Source: Balanoglossus misakiensis (Eukaryota > Animalia > Hemichordata). Taken from it: a stretch of 64,000 nt of DNA. The DNA lies in NCBI GenBank assembly GCA_040954595.2, contig CM082576.2, positions 10,977,129 to 11,041,128 of the forward strand, given 5' to 3'. A program made the position numbers and the translations under genes. The stretch's first letter is position 1. Each line of letters starts with the position of its first letter. A model generated the notes under the pieces. It had not been told where the DNA came from and did no database searches. It was given only the letters and a program-made list of their open reading frames with translations. Shown here piece by piece: positions 1-25,300 of this stretch.

Positions 1-2187
1 AAGAATTGTGCCCCAATGTAGAATTCATTTCGTCGGTCTTAGTTGGTCATTTTTTTAATCATTTAGTGATCAATGCATTTGCTTCCGACTTGTAAAAAGT
101 ACAACAAAATGGCCACCTGGCAACCACATTGGATCAGATTGTGAAACAAATCCACATGCACATATTTGCCCCCTAGTACATACATGTACATTTGTATAGT
201 CCTGTGTCAAGTTTGAAAGAAATTGTCTTGCGCATGTTTGAGTTGCGACTCTGGAGAGGGGCACTGCTGGACACATAGACACATTATAGAGCCCCAAATA
301 AACGTGCATAAATGCAAAATTATAAATGCACTTGATCACACAACTTCTTTGGCATCGACTTCCACTGGAACATACTACATGTATGTAGAGTAATCAGTGC
401 ACAACATCATGCAATTTCAAAGTACCCGTAAGCCATTACTGACAACCACTTTTACATCCAAGCCTACCAACCATACACTTCACCCTGTACGTGCAGCAAT
501 TACAGACGAAAAACACACACTATACAATCATTATGAAATTACACAACTAAATTAGAATCGCAGGGAAATGATGATGATCCTGGCTTGTCGTTGGATGCAG
601 CCTGATTGTCTGACGAGCTCTCGTCGTAATTTGGTTGGGTTCTCTCTGGAGACAACCAACAATGGCTGCTGAAAATCCTGATCGATTTTCACAGGCAAAC
701 TTATTATTGTCTGGGATCAGAATGATTCCCTTAATCACGCAATCTCTCATCTAGAAAATGTAATTATTTCCCAAGGTAAACTCAGAATAGACCATACTTG
801 CTAAAAATTATTCTTGATATTTTTCTTGAGAAATCTGATGTCATGCCTGTACATTGCACCCTCTTTCGACCCACTTCTGTGTGCATCGATTAACTGTAGG
901 ACTATGCATGAAATAATGATCTGAGCATGATTCAGTCCTCAAATCAATATATCCCTACAAACTATCATTATCAACAATCATTATATGTCTTCCCATATGG
1001 GACAACACCACTATCCATGACAACTTCATCCCTGTGACAATGACTGTACACAAGCTTGAGAAATCAAATTTCTAATTTACAAAGTGGTGCAAGGCATTTC
1101 ACTTGTTTTACCGAAACCCACTTGTGTGATGATCAGATTAAAAAAAGATATGCAATTCATCTGTCTGAAGGTGAAGTACTTTATCCTTGGTTGCAATTGT
1201 GCACTTTGAAAGATGAATAGAAAAAAAAATTAATGTCACTTAAGAAAATTTGAGATAATTGTGCCAAAAGAAACCCAGTCATGCAACAATGGTTTCCGTT
1301 GTTTGTGTACGTTTGAAAAGTTGCCAAAACGCCTACTGAGACTTTCAATCTCACCTTGAAATGTGTATAAATTATGCAATTAGCAAATTGTTTTTGTCCA
1401 TGGCTGTTTTTTGAGAACACTGTTCAAATTGCGAAGTGAGTACATCCTGGCATATATTGCCATTATGTGGGTGTTATAGCCATCAGTGAATATGGACAAA
1501 TGGACAAGGATTTTACAGATGAATACTCAAGGACCTTGATGAAAATTTATACAAGGCCACTAATTTTAATACTGCATTGTGCAATCAAGATAATGGAATA
1601 AGTCACTTAACGCTTAAGATTATTTCCACAATGAATGAATTATATTTTTCAAATAATGGATGATGGATCTTCATCTGTCATTGGCCCACTTTCAGTTTTC
1701 TTTGTCAGTTCTCACACACTGCTGTGAACTTTCTTTTCCAAAGCATCCATCTGGGGTTCAGTTCGCCAGTGAGGCAGGCTGGAAAATTTATTTTTTGGCA
1801 ACTATATAAGACATAGACATTTTCTGGGCTTTGGTAAAGGCACCCGATTTGAATCATGGGTATAGTGATGCTCCTTGACCTAGTGACCGGTAATGGAAAC
1901 AATAATCCAAATTGCCAAAAACATAAAAGTCTAAGTACCGATTAACCGGTATATATATTAAAGGTTATGGAGCAAAGTAAAGCCATACCCATGATTTAAG
2001 CCAAAGGTATATATCTACTAATCTAGTCAGATTTTTTACTTAATCTTGGGGAAACCACATGCATGATGTATGCTCACTGAAAATATCTTCCTTGCTAATG
2101 GAATCTAAAAGATCAACATACTTCAAAACCAATTTCCTACATGATACATGTAAATGTCATTGGAAAAGTTTTGAGCACACAAAGTTA

Positions 2188-13968
<11,781 letters not shown>

Positions 13969-14720
13969 GTTTGCTCACACGTTTGCGTTGATCATGGGGT
14001 ATTTTCACCCCTCCTCCAAATGACTGCAGAACGCAGTCCCAGAGCCCGGAAAATTGCGGTCCGATATCTTTGATGTGTGTACAACCAGACCCCCTAGCTT
14101 ACTTTGCCTTAATGTTGCTCGATATTTGACCGATGCAGTTGCGTTTTCTTGCACTTATACGTATCTCATAATCGGTTTGCTGGTGCGATAATCTTTAATG
14201 GTTCCAAGTAAAAAATTGACCAGCTATTGGGTCACTTTCAAACAGCGTCCGCAGACGTTTGAGAACATTATTTGCAGAGGGGGATGTTTTTTCAAATCAC
14301 TGAGGTGGTCCGTCTTACTTCCCAGTTTCGTCTGTTTTGATTGGTCCCCACTCTGACCACAATTCTTTCCACTTCCGCTATTTTCAATCAGCTGATTGAA
14401 ATGTCAACAATGTAATCGACACCCCGCCTCTTGGATATCAACCACGATGATCATAATCCTCTGGCGCAATCGCCTGTAGCTCAGGTAAATTTGGGCTTTT
14501 TTTTACTGAACTTGAACTGTCAAATTCACTCGCGCGTAACCAGCTAGCAGCTGGACATGATCTAGCCGGGCCTGGTCCAGCATCGGCAATATTAATGACG
14601 AACACGCCCCTCCAGCACCAGGCGCCTGCTCCAGCACTGTTGACACTTTCCTGCACCGCGTCTATATTCTTCCCCGTCGTTTGTGGGCGCTCTGTATAAG
14701 GGCGTCAAAACGTGTTTTGC
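13969..14720. promoter_or_regulatory. Probable shared (bidirectional) promoter between the MSK gene and DGLUCY copy 1
   Basis: Locally CpG-rich segment just upstream of the MSK ATG, between head-to-head genes. It has a reverse CCAAT (gattgg, ~14339), an ETS-like ACTTCCG (~14371), a GC-box-like ccccgcc (~14422) and a plus-strand donor CAG|GTAAAT (~14484). Transcription starts cannot be determined from sequence. Confidence 0.5.
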
Positions 14721-14821
14721 ATGCATTGGTGACTTTCAGTTTTACTGTGCAAGTTTTGATGTCATTCAATCATGCCATCAAGCAAATATGTCCACAATAT
14801 TAAACAGTACACTCAATACAA

Positions 14822-14872
14822 TGATATACTACAATATCATATCATACCATATATCATATCATATCATGTCAT
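14822..14872. repeat. Degenerate (ATATC)n pentanucleotide repeat
   Basis: atatcatatcataccatatatcatatcatatcatgtcata visible. Confidence 0.8.
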
Positions 14873-16366
14873 AAAACTTCAGGCGGACAGCCAATATTTA
14901 TTTCCATTACAAATATTTTAAAGCACATTGAGCTTGTCATACTTAAGGCAAACTCAGACCTTACCTTATGCACTATAAGAACAAAATGTAACATGACTTG
15001 TAATTCATTGTTTCAAATTCTCATGCCATGCATGATTGAGAACTGAGCATTGAATGGCTGCATTTTGTTGGAGCGTGTTCCAACAGTTTTTCATATGTAA
15101 ATTTTTAGGGTTCTTCCTCATATTTACATTTCCTTTCACTACCATTATCCTTTGAAACAATCACCACGCATTGGTCCTTTACTATGACTGTTCTGTTTTC
15201 ACATTACAGCAGCACAGACAGTAGAAGTGGGATTCTCTCCTGATCCCAATTTAGAGCTAGTAGTTTACAATTTAGGTAAGTGAGATATTGCATTGTGTTT
15301 TCGTAGTAAAGCCCAAGTTAACTGCAATTGTACAATTTTGTAGCATTAATTTCCTTGATTTCACTGGCAGTTCTTGTAATTGTACAGTACGTACTGAACC
15401 GAGGGGAGTGTATGCGCAGTCCCAATTACATGCATTTGAATTGTTACAGTGTCTGCACATAGCACAACATGGTGGTGTCATCATGCAGCTATTGGGAGTC
15501 ATATCGCTTGAATGCTCTTTAGACACATTATTGTGGTCAATATACTTCTATGCAGTCACTTGAACTTCTGCATTGCAGATGAGAGTTTTGACACCTGCTG
15601 TGCCATTGCAGTGTAGGGGTATATCATGGAGATACCAAAGAGTGTGGTAGCTCCATGTATCATGCAGTTGAAATCATAACATTGTCGTTTTCTATTTCAG
15701 TTGCTACAATCATTAGATGTTCAAGAGAATTTGGTCAAGAATTACCGGTACTTATCTTTCAACATTTGTAGACACAAACTTGCGTAAGTTCAAGTTTATA
15801 TTGTACAATGCATTTCACCACATTTTTCACCAAATCTGTGAGATTCATGGAGATTCATGGAAAATGTAAGTCATAATTTCAGTTTCCTTTATTTAAAAAA
15901 AAATTACTTACCTGACTGTAATATATGTTGCTGAATTATGTCGTGTTGAAATTCTCCTCCTGTCCTAGGGGAGCCCTCGTGTGGTGAAGGCATAGAAATG
16001 TGCCATATCCCATACAAGGACTGTTTATATACTGTGCAAAACTGCACCAGCATTGGTGTGACTTTTGTGTTTCAATACCTGAAATACAAGTGCACATGTT
16101 TCACCCAATTATCACTTGAAACCAAAGAATATATATTGGACATTATTTCAGTTTGTTATTTTCACTTTTTTTCCCGAAGATCAAAATGTAAGATACTCTC
16201 TATACTAATCAACTAACTACCAATATGTTTATCATATATCAATGCCCCATTCACCGCATGCAGAAATGTCCAAATTTCAATCAAATGTCAGTAGCAGAAC
16301 TGATTTTTCTTTGTTATTTGAAAAAAAAGACATTTGTATTTGGTGTCATTTCTAGATGTAAGAAGA

Positions 16367-19300
16367 ATGGCGTCGCAAACAAACATTGATGAGTCCAAGT
16401 TCATAGACGTGAAGACACTGAGTAAGGCGTTGCCTAAAGATGTCAGACGAATGATAAGGACAAACGAACTGGCGAACGGACAGCCAACGATTGGATTGTG
16501 TGAAGGTAAAACTTACCATGTGAGGTGCTGAGATACTTGAACAGCCACAGTATACAGGTGTGGTGTTTTTGTAAACTTTGTTTTGTAAATATATACTTTG
16601 ATGACACCCAGTGTGTGTCTGCAACTTGCTCACTACAGAAATTCAGCAAAATGTTTCTGTATAAACTTGGTGCAGAGTTTTTGTGAGTTCTGCCATGTTT
16701 GAAATAAGACAGGATGCATGCAAAGACTGGGGGGTTATGAGTTAGCAGTGGTGTATAGTGTGATGGCAGCAGACAGTAAAGGAAGCCTAGGTGAAAAAGA
16801 AGTGAAAAACAGTTAGTGGTAAAGGAGCACACCTGGCTTTAGAACCAAACAAATTAACTATGTGATTCATGGTTTAAAAACTTTACAGGTTACACGCAGG
16901 CCAATCTGACCATTCTACACAAATCATTGGCGGACGACTTTGAGAAGTTTTGTCACGCAAACACTGGTCCATTGCCTCTCATATACAAATCCAAGGCGGG
17001 AGAATACACTGCTCCAGGTCTATCACATCATGAGTCAGACATAAGGTAAGTTTGAGAGCTCCCTAGAAATTTATCATACATTAGGATGTCTGCATTATCT
17101 AGATTCAGACACCCATACTAAAAAAATGTATTTCTTTTAGGGATTTCATCATTACTTCAAAGTGAAGCTATCAGTAAGTGGGGTGGTCACTTGCGAAATA
17201 TCTTGTAAACTTTTGAAGAATTAGAAACTTTTGAACTCTATCTCTCCCCCCTCCTCTCTCTCTCTCTCTGTATTTAGATCTGATGTACCCATGTACAACG
17301 TGTTTGAGCATGGCAAGAAATCAAAAGCTGTTGGCAGTTTGCTTCAGTACGAAGAGGAAATGAAAGAAATGAGCACTTTTTACCTGGGCTGCAGTTTCTC
17401 CTTCGACAAAGCACTTTTGGAAGCTGGTGTTCCTCTTCGCAATGTTGAACAAAATTGTAATGTCGGCATGTTCAAGGTACTGTATTTAATTTTGGTGTAC
17501 GATATTAAAAAATTTTCCCCAAAGACTTTAACCCTCATTTATCATGAAAGGCAGTGCATGTGCTTACCTTAAACTACATGTATGTATTTTCATAAAGCTG
17601 AGTATCTTTACTTTGATGTGGATTATATACACAAAACTGTCTCCATGTCTGCAAGGTCCAGTCATCATTTTAGTATCAACATCATTTTCACCATCCCTTG
17701 GGCAGGCAACAAATCATATCATGCATTACTGTAACAAAAGTGACATTTTCTGACTGTGCTGTCTAGATTAATGCGAAGTGCTATCCAGTGGGTCCGTTCG
17801 ACTGTGTCCACCAAGTTGTTTCCATGAAGCCGATCCCGAGACATCAACTGGAACTCGCTTTCCAAATCACTCACCCACTGGAAGAAGTGCACGGCGCCCC
17901 GGCTCATATCGGCGATCCCGGTGAGTAACATCACGTCACACACAAAAAAACTCGCTGCTAGGTACTTGTACCTTTGGGTTGTATATTCATTGCTAAATTA
18001 CCACGTTTCATTAACGTTTAACCAAAATACTGCTTTTGAAAATTTTAATTATTAAAGAAGTACAATATGTTGCCTGTTCTTCCATTTTGTGTAGCTATGA
18101 TCGGAATTGCTGACATCAATGATGTAGACTTTGGGAAGGCTGTGAAATTCCACGAAGGGGACATACCCGTGTTTTGGTCCTGTGGCGTCACAGGTTTGAT
18201 GGCTCTTGAGGCAGTCAGTAAGTACATGTATTTCTATTTCCATGTGAAATTTGCGAGTGAATTTCAAGACGAAAAATGACCTCATACAGATAATGAGCTT
18301 GGTCATCAAAAGATATTTAACAACAGAATCAAGAAACGCAAAATATATGAGGCAGAATAATTACACTTTTGTTCTGAAACTGATTTTTTGCCTTATTTTT
18401 ATCCAAGATGAAATAATGTCATTCCTGTAATTTTTTCTCCTAGAATCACCTTTAGCCTTTACCCACTACCCTGGCAGCATGTACATTTCTGACACGCCCC
18501 TCAAAACACACGACCTGCACTCTGACCCTAACAAGCCAAAGGTCATCGTCCTCAAAGAGGAGCCGTTCTTTGCCAGTGTTGTAGCAGAGCCAGTTCTCAA
18601 TCGAGTCAAGGCATTGGAGAAGAGTATTCAAGAAGATCCTGGTAAGGATTTTTAAGTCACTTATTCAGCCACTATCTCAAGCTACGGATTTATTACTGTA
18701 AATGTCAGAACTGGTATTATACAAGCTAGCCTGCAGTTTTCATGGTCCGACAGTTTTATTCGACCAGGATTAAACATGACAAACCAGACTTAAATTATAA
18801 CAGTACAATCTTTTCATGACAGGAAAGCGTGGAATTTCACTCCTCCATCTCCCGGATGAACTCATCAAATCAGCTCTGAGTCTCTCTCATGCATCTTCCG
18901 TTATTATTGCAACTGGTTTCCCGTGCATGATGGACAAGACACCCCCGTATGAGAACGATGGGTTGTCAGGGGCTGTTGCCATAGCTACCATGCTGCAAGC
19001 CCTTGGGAAGCATGTGACAATTATGGTGGATTCTGGGATGGCAAAACTGATGAGTGATGTAATACAAGCATTAGTGTCCAAAGGTAATCTCATTATGCTT
19101 GATAGCCAGAAGATATGTGGTCATTATCACATGATTGAAATCTTAAAGAGCGATAACACATGTGAGAAGACAAAAAATAGTTATTGGTGGCTATACTGTT
19201 GCTACAATTGACAATTCATCTTGAATGGCAATAATCCATGTTTGCAATTAGAATGGATTAGTCTGGATTCATACACAACAGATTCCATTTCAGATGGTGC

Positions 19301-20434
19301 AAGCTCATGCACCGTATGGACAAGAGCAAAAACTTCCTACACTCCCTATATTTGGACATGCAACTCAACATTTTTGTTCTGTTGAAAATAAACATTGCAT
19401 CTATTGGAAAATTTCAGGTGTGATTTCCAAGACGATAGAGGTGACATCATTTCCACCAGCGGGAAAAGATGCTACGTTGGAGACGGCGCGAGAATTTCTG
19501 AGCGGTCCAGATGACGTCCATCCCAAATATCAACACCTGGTTGCCATAGAGAGAGCGGGCAGAGCTGCTGATAAAACATGGCGGACCATGAAAGCGAAGG
19601 ATATGACATCATTGATCAGTCCAATTGATCTTTTATTTGAGGCTGCAAAAGAGATGCCCTATGTGTCCACAACAGGTGAGAACATTACTGACAATTCTTA
19701 ATGGTACCTTTAATTCTTGAACTTCTTAATTCAGTGAACAAATTTTTGTACCTTCAGTCCCATATCATCCACTAACAGATTCTGTTATTGTCTTCTGATT
19801 TGAATTAATGTTCATCCCAGGCATCGGAGATGGTGGTAATGAACTTGGTATGGGTAAGGTCAAGGACAAGGTGGTTGAGCACATCAATCTGGGAGCTGAA
19901 ATAGCTTGCGAAGTTTCGGCCGATTATCTGATCACTGCTGGAGTGAGCGACTGGGGTGGATATGCACTGAGCATGGCTTTGTATGCAGTCAGTCTGTGTC
20001 CCATACACGACAGATATCTCCGAAAGAACGTTGGCTTTCCGCTGCACAGTGAAGAGAAACTGGTTCCTTCACTGCCAACTGTCGAAAAGGTAATTATGGC
20101 AAGATATGGTAAATGGTATAAAGGGCTTTGCAAGTGATACACCACAAGGCCAAAACATCAAAACTTTTAGCAATCAAAATCTAGCGATGTCATCTATGTA
20201 CTGTCAAAGGACAGAAACATGATGTCTCAATCATCACAAGTTCATGGCTACCAACATTTTAATCCAGTTCTTGTCTCTCTCTTTCCACAGCAAGAGGCCA
20301 TGCTGTCTGTCCTGAAGGATCATGGGATACGAGATGGAGTCCTAGGCGAACTGAGCATGTCTGTTGATGGCATTCCATTTCATCCCGCGCATGCTGAGAA
20401 ACTCCAGCAGCTCAGCAGCAAACTTATCACATGA
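16367..20434 (+). CDS. DGLUCY: D-glutamate cyclase-like protein, copy 1 (DUF1445/UPF0317 N-domain + DUF4392 C-domain), about 633 aa
   Basis: Ten GT-AG exons in consistent phase: 16367-16505, 16889-17045, 17278-17476, 17767-17920, 18095-18217, 18444-18641, 18823-19083, 19418-19675, 19821-20089, 20291-20434 (sum 1902 nt). Motifs GYTQANL, FCHANTGPLPL, GCSFSF, HGAPAHIGDP, PVFWSCGVT, THYPGSM, IATGFP, ENDGLSGA, LVAIERAGRAAD, GIGDGGNELGMGKV, AGVSDWGGYAL, SVDG. AATAAA at 20886-20891. Confidence 0.92.
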
Positions 20435-21775
20435 GATGAATCATCCAGAAATTTGTTTTCGTTACTGATCAGAAAGATGTAATGTTTTTATCTGATCTCA
20501 TTATGGGTGGTGGCAAAACCTGTGCATATATGAACAGCTAAACAGGGTTTGTGTTTTTATGCTCTCATGCCATATGAAATATGGCAAGGGAGGATATTCG
20601 TATACTACATATGAATTTTAGGGGTGAAACAATTAAGTTCTGGTTTTAAAATGGGCATGCATTTCATTGAAGATAATAAGTACCCGTACTACTAGCATCC
20701 AAAACAGCTTTTCTGAAACAGGGAGCAGTTATGTTTGGTCATGGGTGTACAGGTTCTATGCTCTGGTTGACAACATGTACATGTACATTGTTCATAGCAA
20801 AGCCTGTTATGTTGGAACGCATTGGTCCAGTTGCAACGTTTGGTCTTCCATAGCTATTACTACAATGTAGTTTGTATTTTGGTCAAATAAATTGGTTAAA
20901 TTTATATTAAATGTACATGCTGATATTAGTGTTCTGTTACTCTCGTGTCAAAGTTGAAGGGTTAAAAAGTGCCTCCCCCAATTAGATGTGAGAAACACAT
21001 TTTGTCATCCCAGCAGTTCTATCACCCACTCTGGCTACCAACAAAAAACACGGAAATGTCAAGTGTCCACAAAAGGTGCGTGTTCAACCTCATTCAAGCA
21101 GAAACGAAAGGAAATTCTAATCACAACTCAAGCGGCGCTGCCTACAAGTTCCAAGGTCTTGCGTGTAGTTTGTTTTGTTTGGCATTGGACAGTTACTGTA
21201 CTTGATAATTTGAGTATAAGCCATAATTCACTACAAGATATGCTGGACACCAGACTGAGTTCGTGTGCAACAAACGTGAGTCTGTTTGCCCAAACCATCA
21301 CCTAGATCGCAATGCATGATATGACCTGGATGATTGATTACATCATAGACAGTACTGTCTATCCAACGCGTCAGGGCCGGAGGGAACTGTGAATACACGG
21401 TCTGTGTGTGACTAGAGTGACTGTGCGACTTTCTACTGCGTCACAGAAGTTGGCCACTCCAGTTTTGAGTAAGTATTTCATGTACATCATAAACTTTTAA
21501 AGGGTTGCAGTATGTGTCCATTGCAAGCACTAACCATATAGTTGCTGTGGGTCGTACCAATGCCTACCAACCCTACCACTCCCCTGACTTTGAAAGTTGA
21601 GGGAGGGGGTGGAAGTGCAATAATGGAGTTGTTTCTGCCTCAGCCCCTTTTGTGATGCGCGCATTGACAAGGTACGCCTGAACCAAGTGTGAAATGAAAA
21701 AAAAAATTGTTGGCTCTTTAGACTAGTACTGTCTATCATAAGCTCGAGCTCTGCAGAAGAAAGGTTAGCTCTTGC

Positions 21776-21924
21776 CACAGGCGCTGAAGACGATCGCTTT
21801 GCGATGGGGGTGGGGGTGGGGGGGGGGCTTCAGTACCCCTATATTATATTTTATAATATAGGGGTACTGAAGCCCCACCCCCACCCCCACCCCCATCGCG
21901 AAGCGATCGTCTTCAGCGCCTGTG
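21776..21924. mobile_element. 149-bp fully palindromic MITE with 8-bp target-site duplication (hAT- or P-like)
   Basis: 73-bp arms starting CACAGGCGCTGAAGACGATCGC with two mismatches and a TTT loop at 21849-21851; direct repeat GCTCTTGC at 21768-21775 and 21925-21932. Confidence 0.88.
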
Positions 21925-22364
21925 GCTCTTGCAGTATAGCTGCTAGTTGGACGATCTTATTCGCAGCACTATTATCACAGTGCAGTGTATCTGCAGTTTT
22001 CAATCCCAATTATGCACCAGATAAGCCCTGTGAAGTCCGTGTGTTCGCAGCGGGAATGTTTTATGCTGGAGCACACATTACATGTAAATTGACAAAATCG
22101 ATGGATAGTAAACCTTTATCAAAACTGATGAAATGATTTTTCTCATTGAAAAGTTAAAAGAGGAAACAACTTTATCGCAACAGAGATATGTATTCCAAAG
22201 ACCAAGATTATGTGCAAGCTTGATGAAAAGTGAAGAAAATAAGAGATCAACCTTATTCCAGTGATGTGCACCTTTTTGTCCTTTAAAACAAATCTGACTA
22301 AAGTTTGTCTGCCTATGCATTTATTTTCCACCAGCTAGTAGATGGTGAGTAAACATAAAGAAGA

Positions 22365-25300
22365 ATGTCTTCACAAACCAGAATTGAACCAGACGAATCT
22401 AAGTTCATTGATCCAAAGACCCTGAGCAACGCATTGCCTAAAGATGTCAGACGGATGATCCGAAGAAACGAACTACCAGACGGACAGCACACCATTGGAA
22501 TGTGCGAAGGTAATATTATTGGGGAAGGCAAGATTCGGTGTGATAGCTGCTTATGCATTGCATTTTCCGAGATATAACATTATACCTTCTTTCTTTTCTG
22601 TGTGTAAATGATAATGTGTAAGTCCCTTTATTGCAGGTTACACGCAGGCCAATGTAGCCATTTTACACAAATCATTGGCGGACGACTTTGAGAAGTTTTG
22701 TCACGCAAACACTGGTCCATTACCCCTCCTGTACAAATCTAAGACGGGAGAATACACTGCTCCAGGTCTATCACACCATGAGTCAGACATTAGGTAAGTT
22801 TGAACTCTTAGTTGGGAATTGAAAATTTTGTTATACGGTAAGACATGTTTCATAATACCAGCAGATGCACTAGGTTTTCGTTCACACAAATCACCACTGA
22901 AGAAATCAAGCCTGGTGTTCTAAAAAAAAATTAACTTTTTTTTAAATTGTCTGTACCCTTTCCTCTCTTGTTTGACAGAACTGACCTGCCTGCCTACAAT
23001 GTCCTTGAATATGGTCAATCTACAGGAGTTGTCCGAACTCTGCACGAGTTTGGTGATATTCTGGAGGATATGCAGACTTTTTATGTTGGGTGTAGCTTCT
23101 CCTTTGAAAAAGCTCTCCTGCAGAACTCTGTGCCTGTTCCTGTTAACTGTCCTTTGTACAGAGTTAGTAGCATATATATAGATTGTTATACACTTATGAT
23201 ATAATACAGAATATTATAAACTTATAATAGAATGTTATATAGAATGTTATACACTTATCATGTACAGAGAAAGAAACAAGCTCTTTGGAAGAGCCATCAC
23301 TGTGATATTAAAAAAAAAGAATTTCCATAAATGTTGACCATCCACATTCAAACTTGTGTCATGACATCAAACTTACAATAAAAACATTACAAATTACAGA
23401 ACGAAAACATGACTTATGATACTTTTTGTTCACTTTTAGACTAGCCTATCCTGCCATCCAGTTGGTGTGTTTGACTGTTGCCAGTTTGTCTCCTTGAGAC
23501 CAATTCGACGACAACAACTGGAAATCACTTTCCAGGTGACTCACCCACTGGACAGAGTCCATGGAGCCCCGGTACACATAGGCGATCCAGGTGAAAAGAC
23601 ATTATCACAAGTCAAACACAAAAACGTGATAGATAAGTGACTATCTTTCAAATTGTGGTTTACTTTCAGTAATTCATCAGATGGGGTCAGATGTAGTACA
23701 AATGATGGTGTAGTGGTCTAAGCACTAATCATCTCTGCTTTGTCATCTGTAGCAATGATAGGAATCAGTGACATTGATAAACCAGTCACAGGAAAACCTT
23801 TGGAATTCAGGGAAGGAGAAATACCGGTGTTTTGGTCCTGTGGTGTCACGGTTCTGACAGCTCTGGAGGTGGCCAGTAAGTCTGTGTGTCTGTGTGTGTG
23901 TTAAGAGAAAGTTAAAGGCATCGGTTGCTGAAAAGGACTAAGCCTGAAGACAAGTTGAAATAAGCGGTCATAGTCAAGTTTTAAACCTATCATTGATAAT
24001 GCCTTTCTCATCTCACCATTTCACAGAGTCACCGTTAGCTTTCTTTGGTTATGGTGATGGCATGTACGTTTCTGACACGCCCGTGGAGACTCCTGATCTG
24101 TCGTACCCGAACAAGCCAAAGGTCATCGTCCTCAAAGAGGAGCCATTCTTTGCCAGTGCTGTAGCAGAGCCAGTTCTCGATCAAGTCAAGGCATTGGAAG
24201 ACAGTGTTTATAAAGATCCTGGTAAGGAAAACGTGGGGTGGTTTTACTGTGAACCACATCATGGATGTATCGCAACTCTCTTTCATTTCATATCCTTGCT
24301 CTCACTTTTTTGGAAAGTATGCTTGTTTGCAAACCTTGGCCTGTTATCATCCTCTATGTCACCTTTTTTTATTGACAGAAAAGCGTGGAATTTCACTGCG
24401 CCATTTCCCAAATGAACTCATCAAAGCAGCTCTGAGTCTCTCTCATGCATCTTCGGTCATCATTGCAACTGGTTTCCCGTGCATAATAGACGAGACAACC
24501 CCGTATGACAACGATGGGTCGTCAGGGGCTGTTGCCATAGCTACCATGCTGCAAGCCCTGGGGAAGCATGTGACAGTCATGGTGGATTCTTCGATGGAAA
24601 AACTGATGAGTGACGTAATAAAGGTGTTGGTATCAAAGGGTAAATATTCAGCTACCTATGCAAATTGAGCTACCGTTACTGTGGGAAACTGAAACCTACC
24701 CAAGCACAGATTTTCAGTTGGTTGAAAACACGAAAAGAGCGCCACCACGTGTTCTTTAGAACATTCAGATGAGCATTATGCAAATTTCAGTACCAGTGGT
24801 CAAAACCACAGCTTGGTTATTTTTGCATCCTCATATACTTCACCTTGTTTTAATGTTGTTGACTAAACTGTAGACCCTTGAGAAATTTCTCCGGGGACTT
24901 TGAGTAAACCTATAATTTCATCTCGTATAATTAATATGCATGACTCAGAATAGCCTCCCAGTGAAATGTAACGGCTTGAACAACAACTTGACTTTCAGGT
25001 GTGATTTCCAAGACGATAGAGGTGACATCATTTCCACCAGCGGGAAAAGACGCTACATTGGAGACGGCGCGAGAATTTCTGAGCGGTCCAGATGATGTCC
25101 ATCCCAAATATCAACACCTGGTTGCCATAGAGAGATCGGGCAGGGCTGATGATAAAACATGGCGGACCATGAAAGCGAAGGATATGACATCATTGATCAG
25201 TCCAATCGATCTCTTATTTGAGGCTGCAAAAGAGATGCCATATGTGTCTACAACAGGTAGGAAAAATTCTGATAAATTTTAATGCTTGCAAAGTCCCATA

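Noticed and set aside
23704-23726. tRNA A-box-like string gatggtgtagtggtctaagcac
   Set aside because: No B-box or cloverleaf follows; it runs straight into the exon-5 acceptor region.
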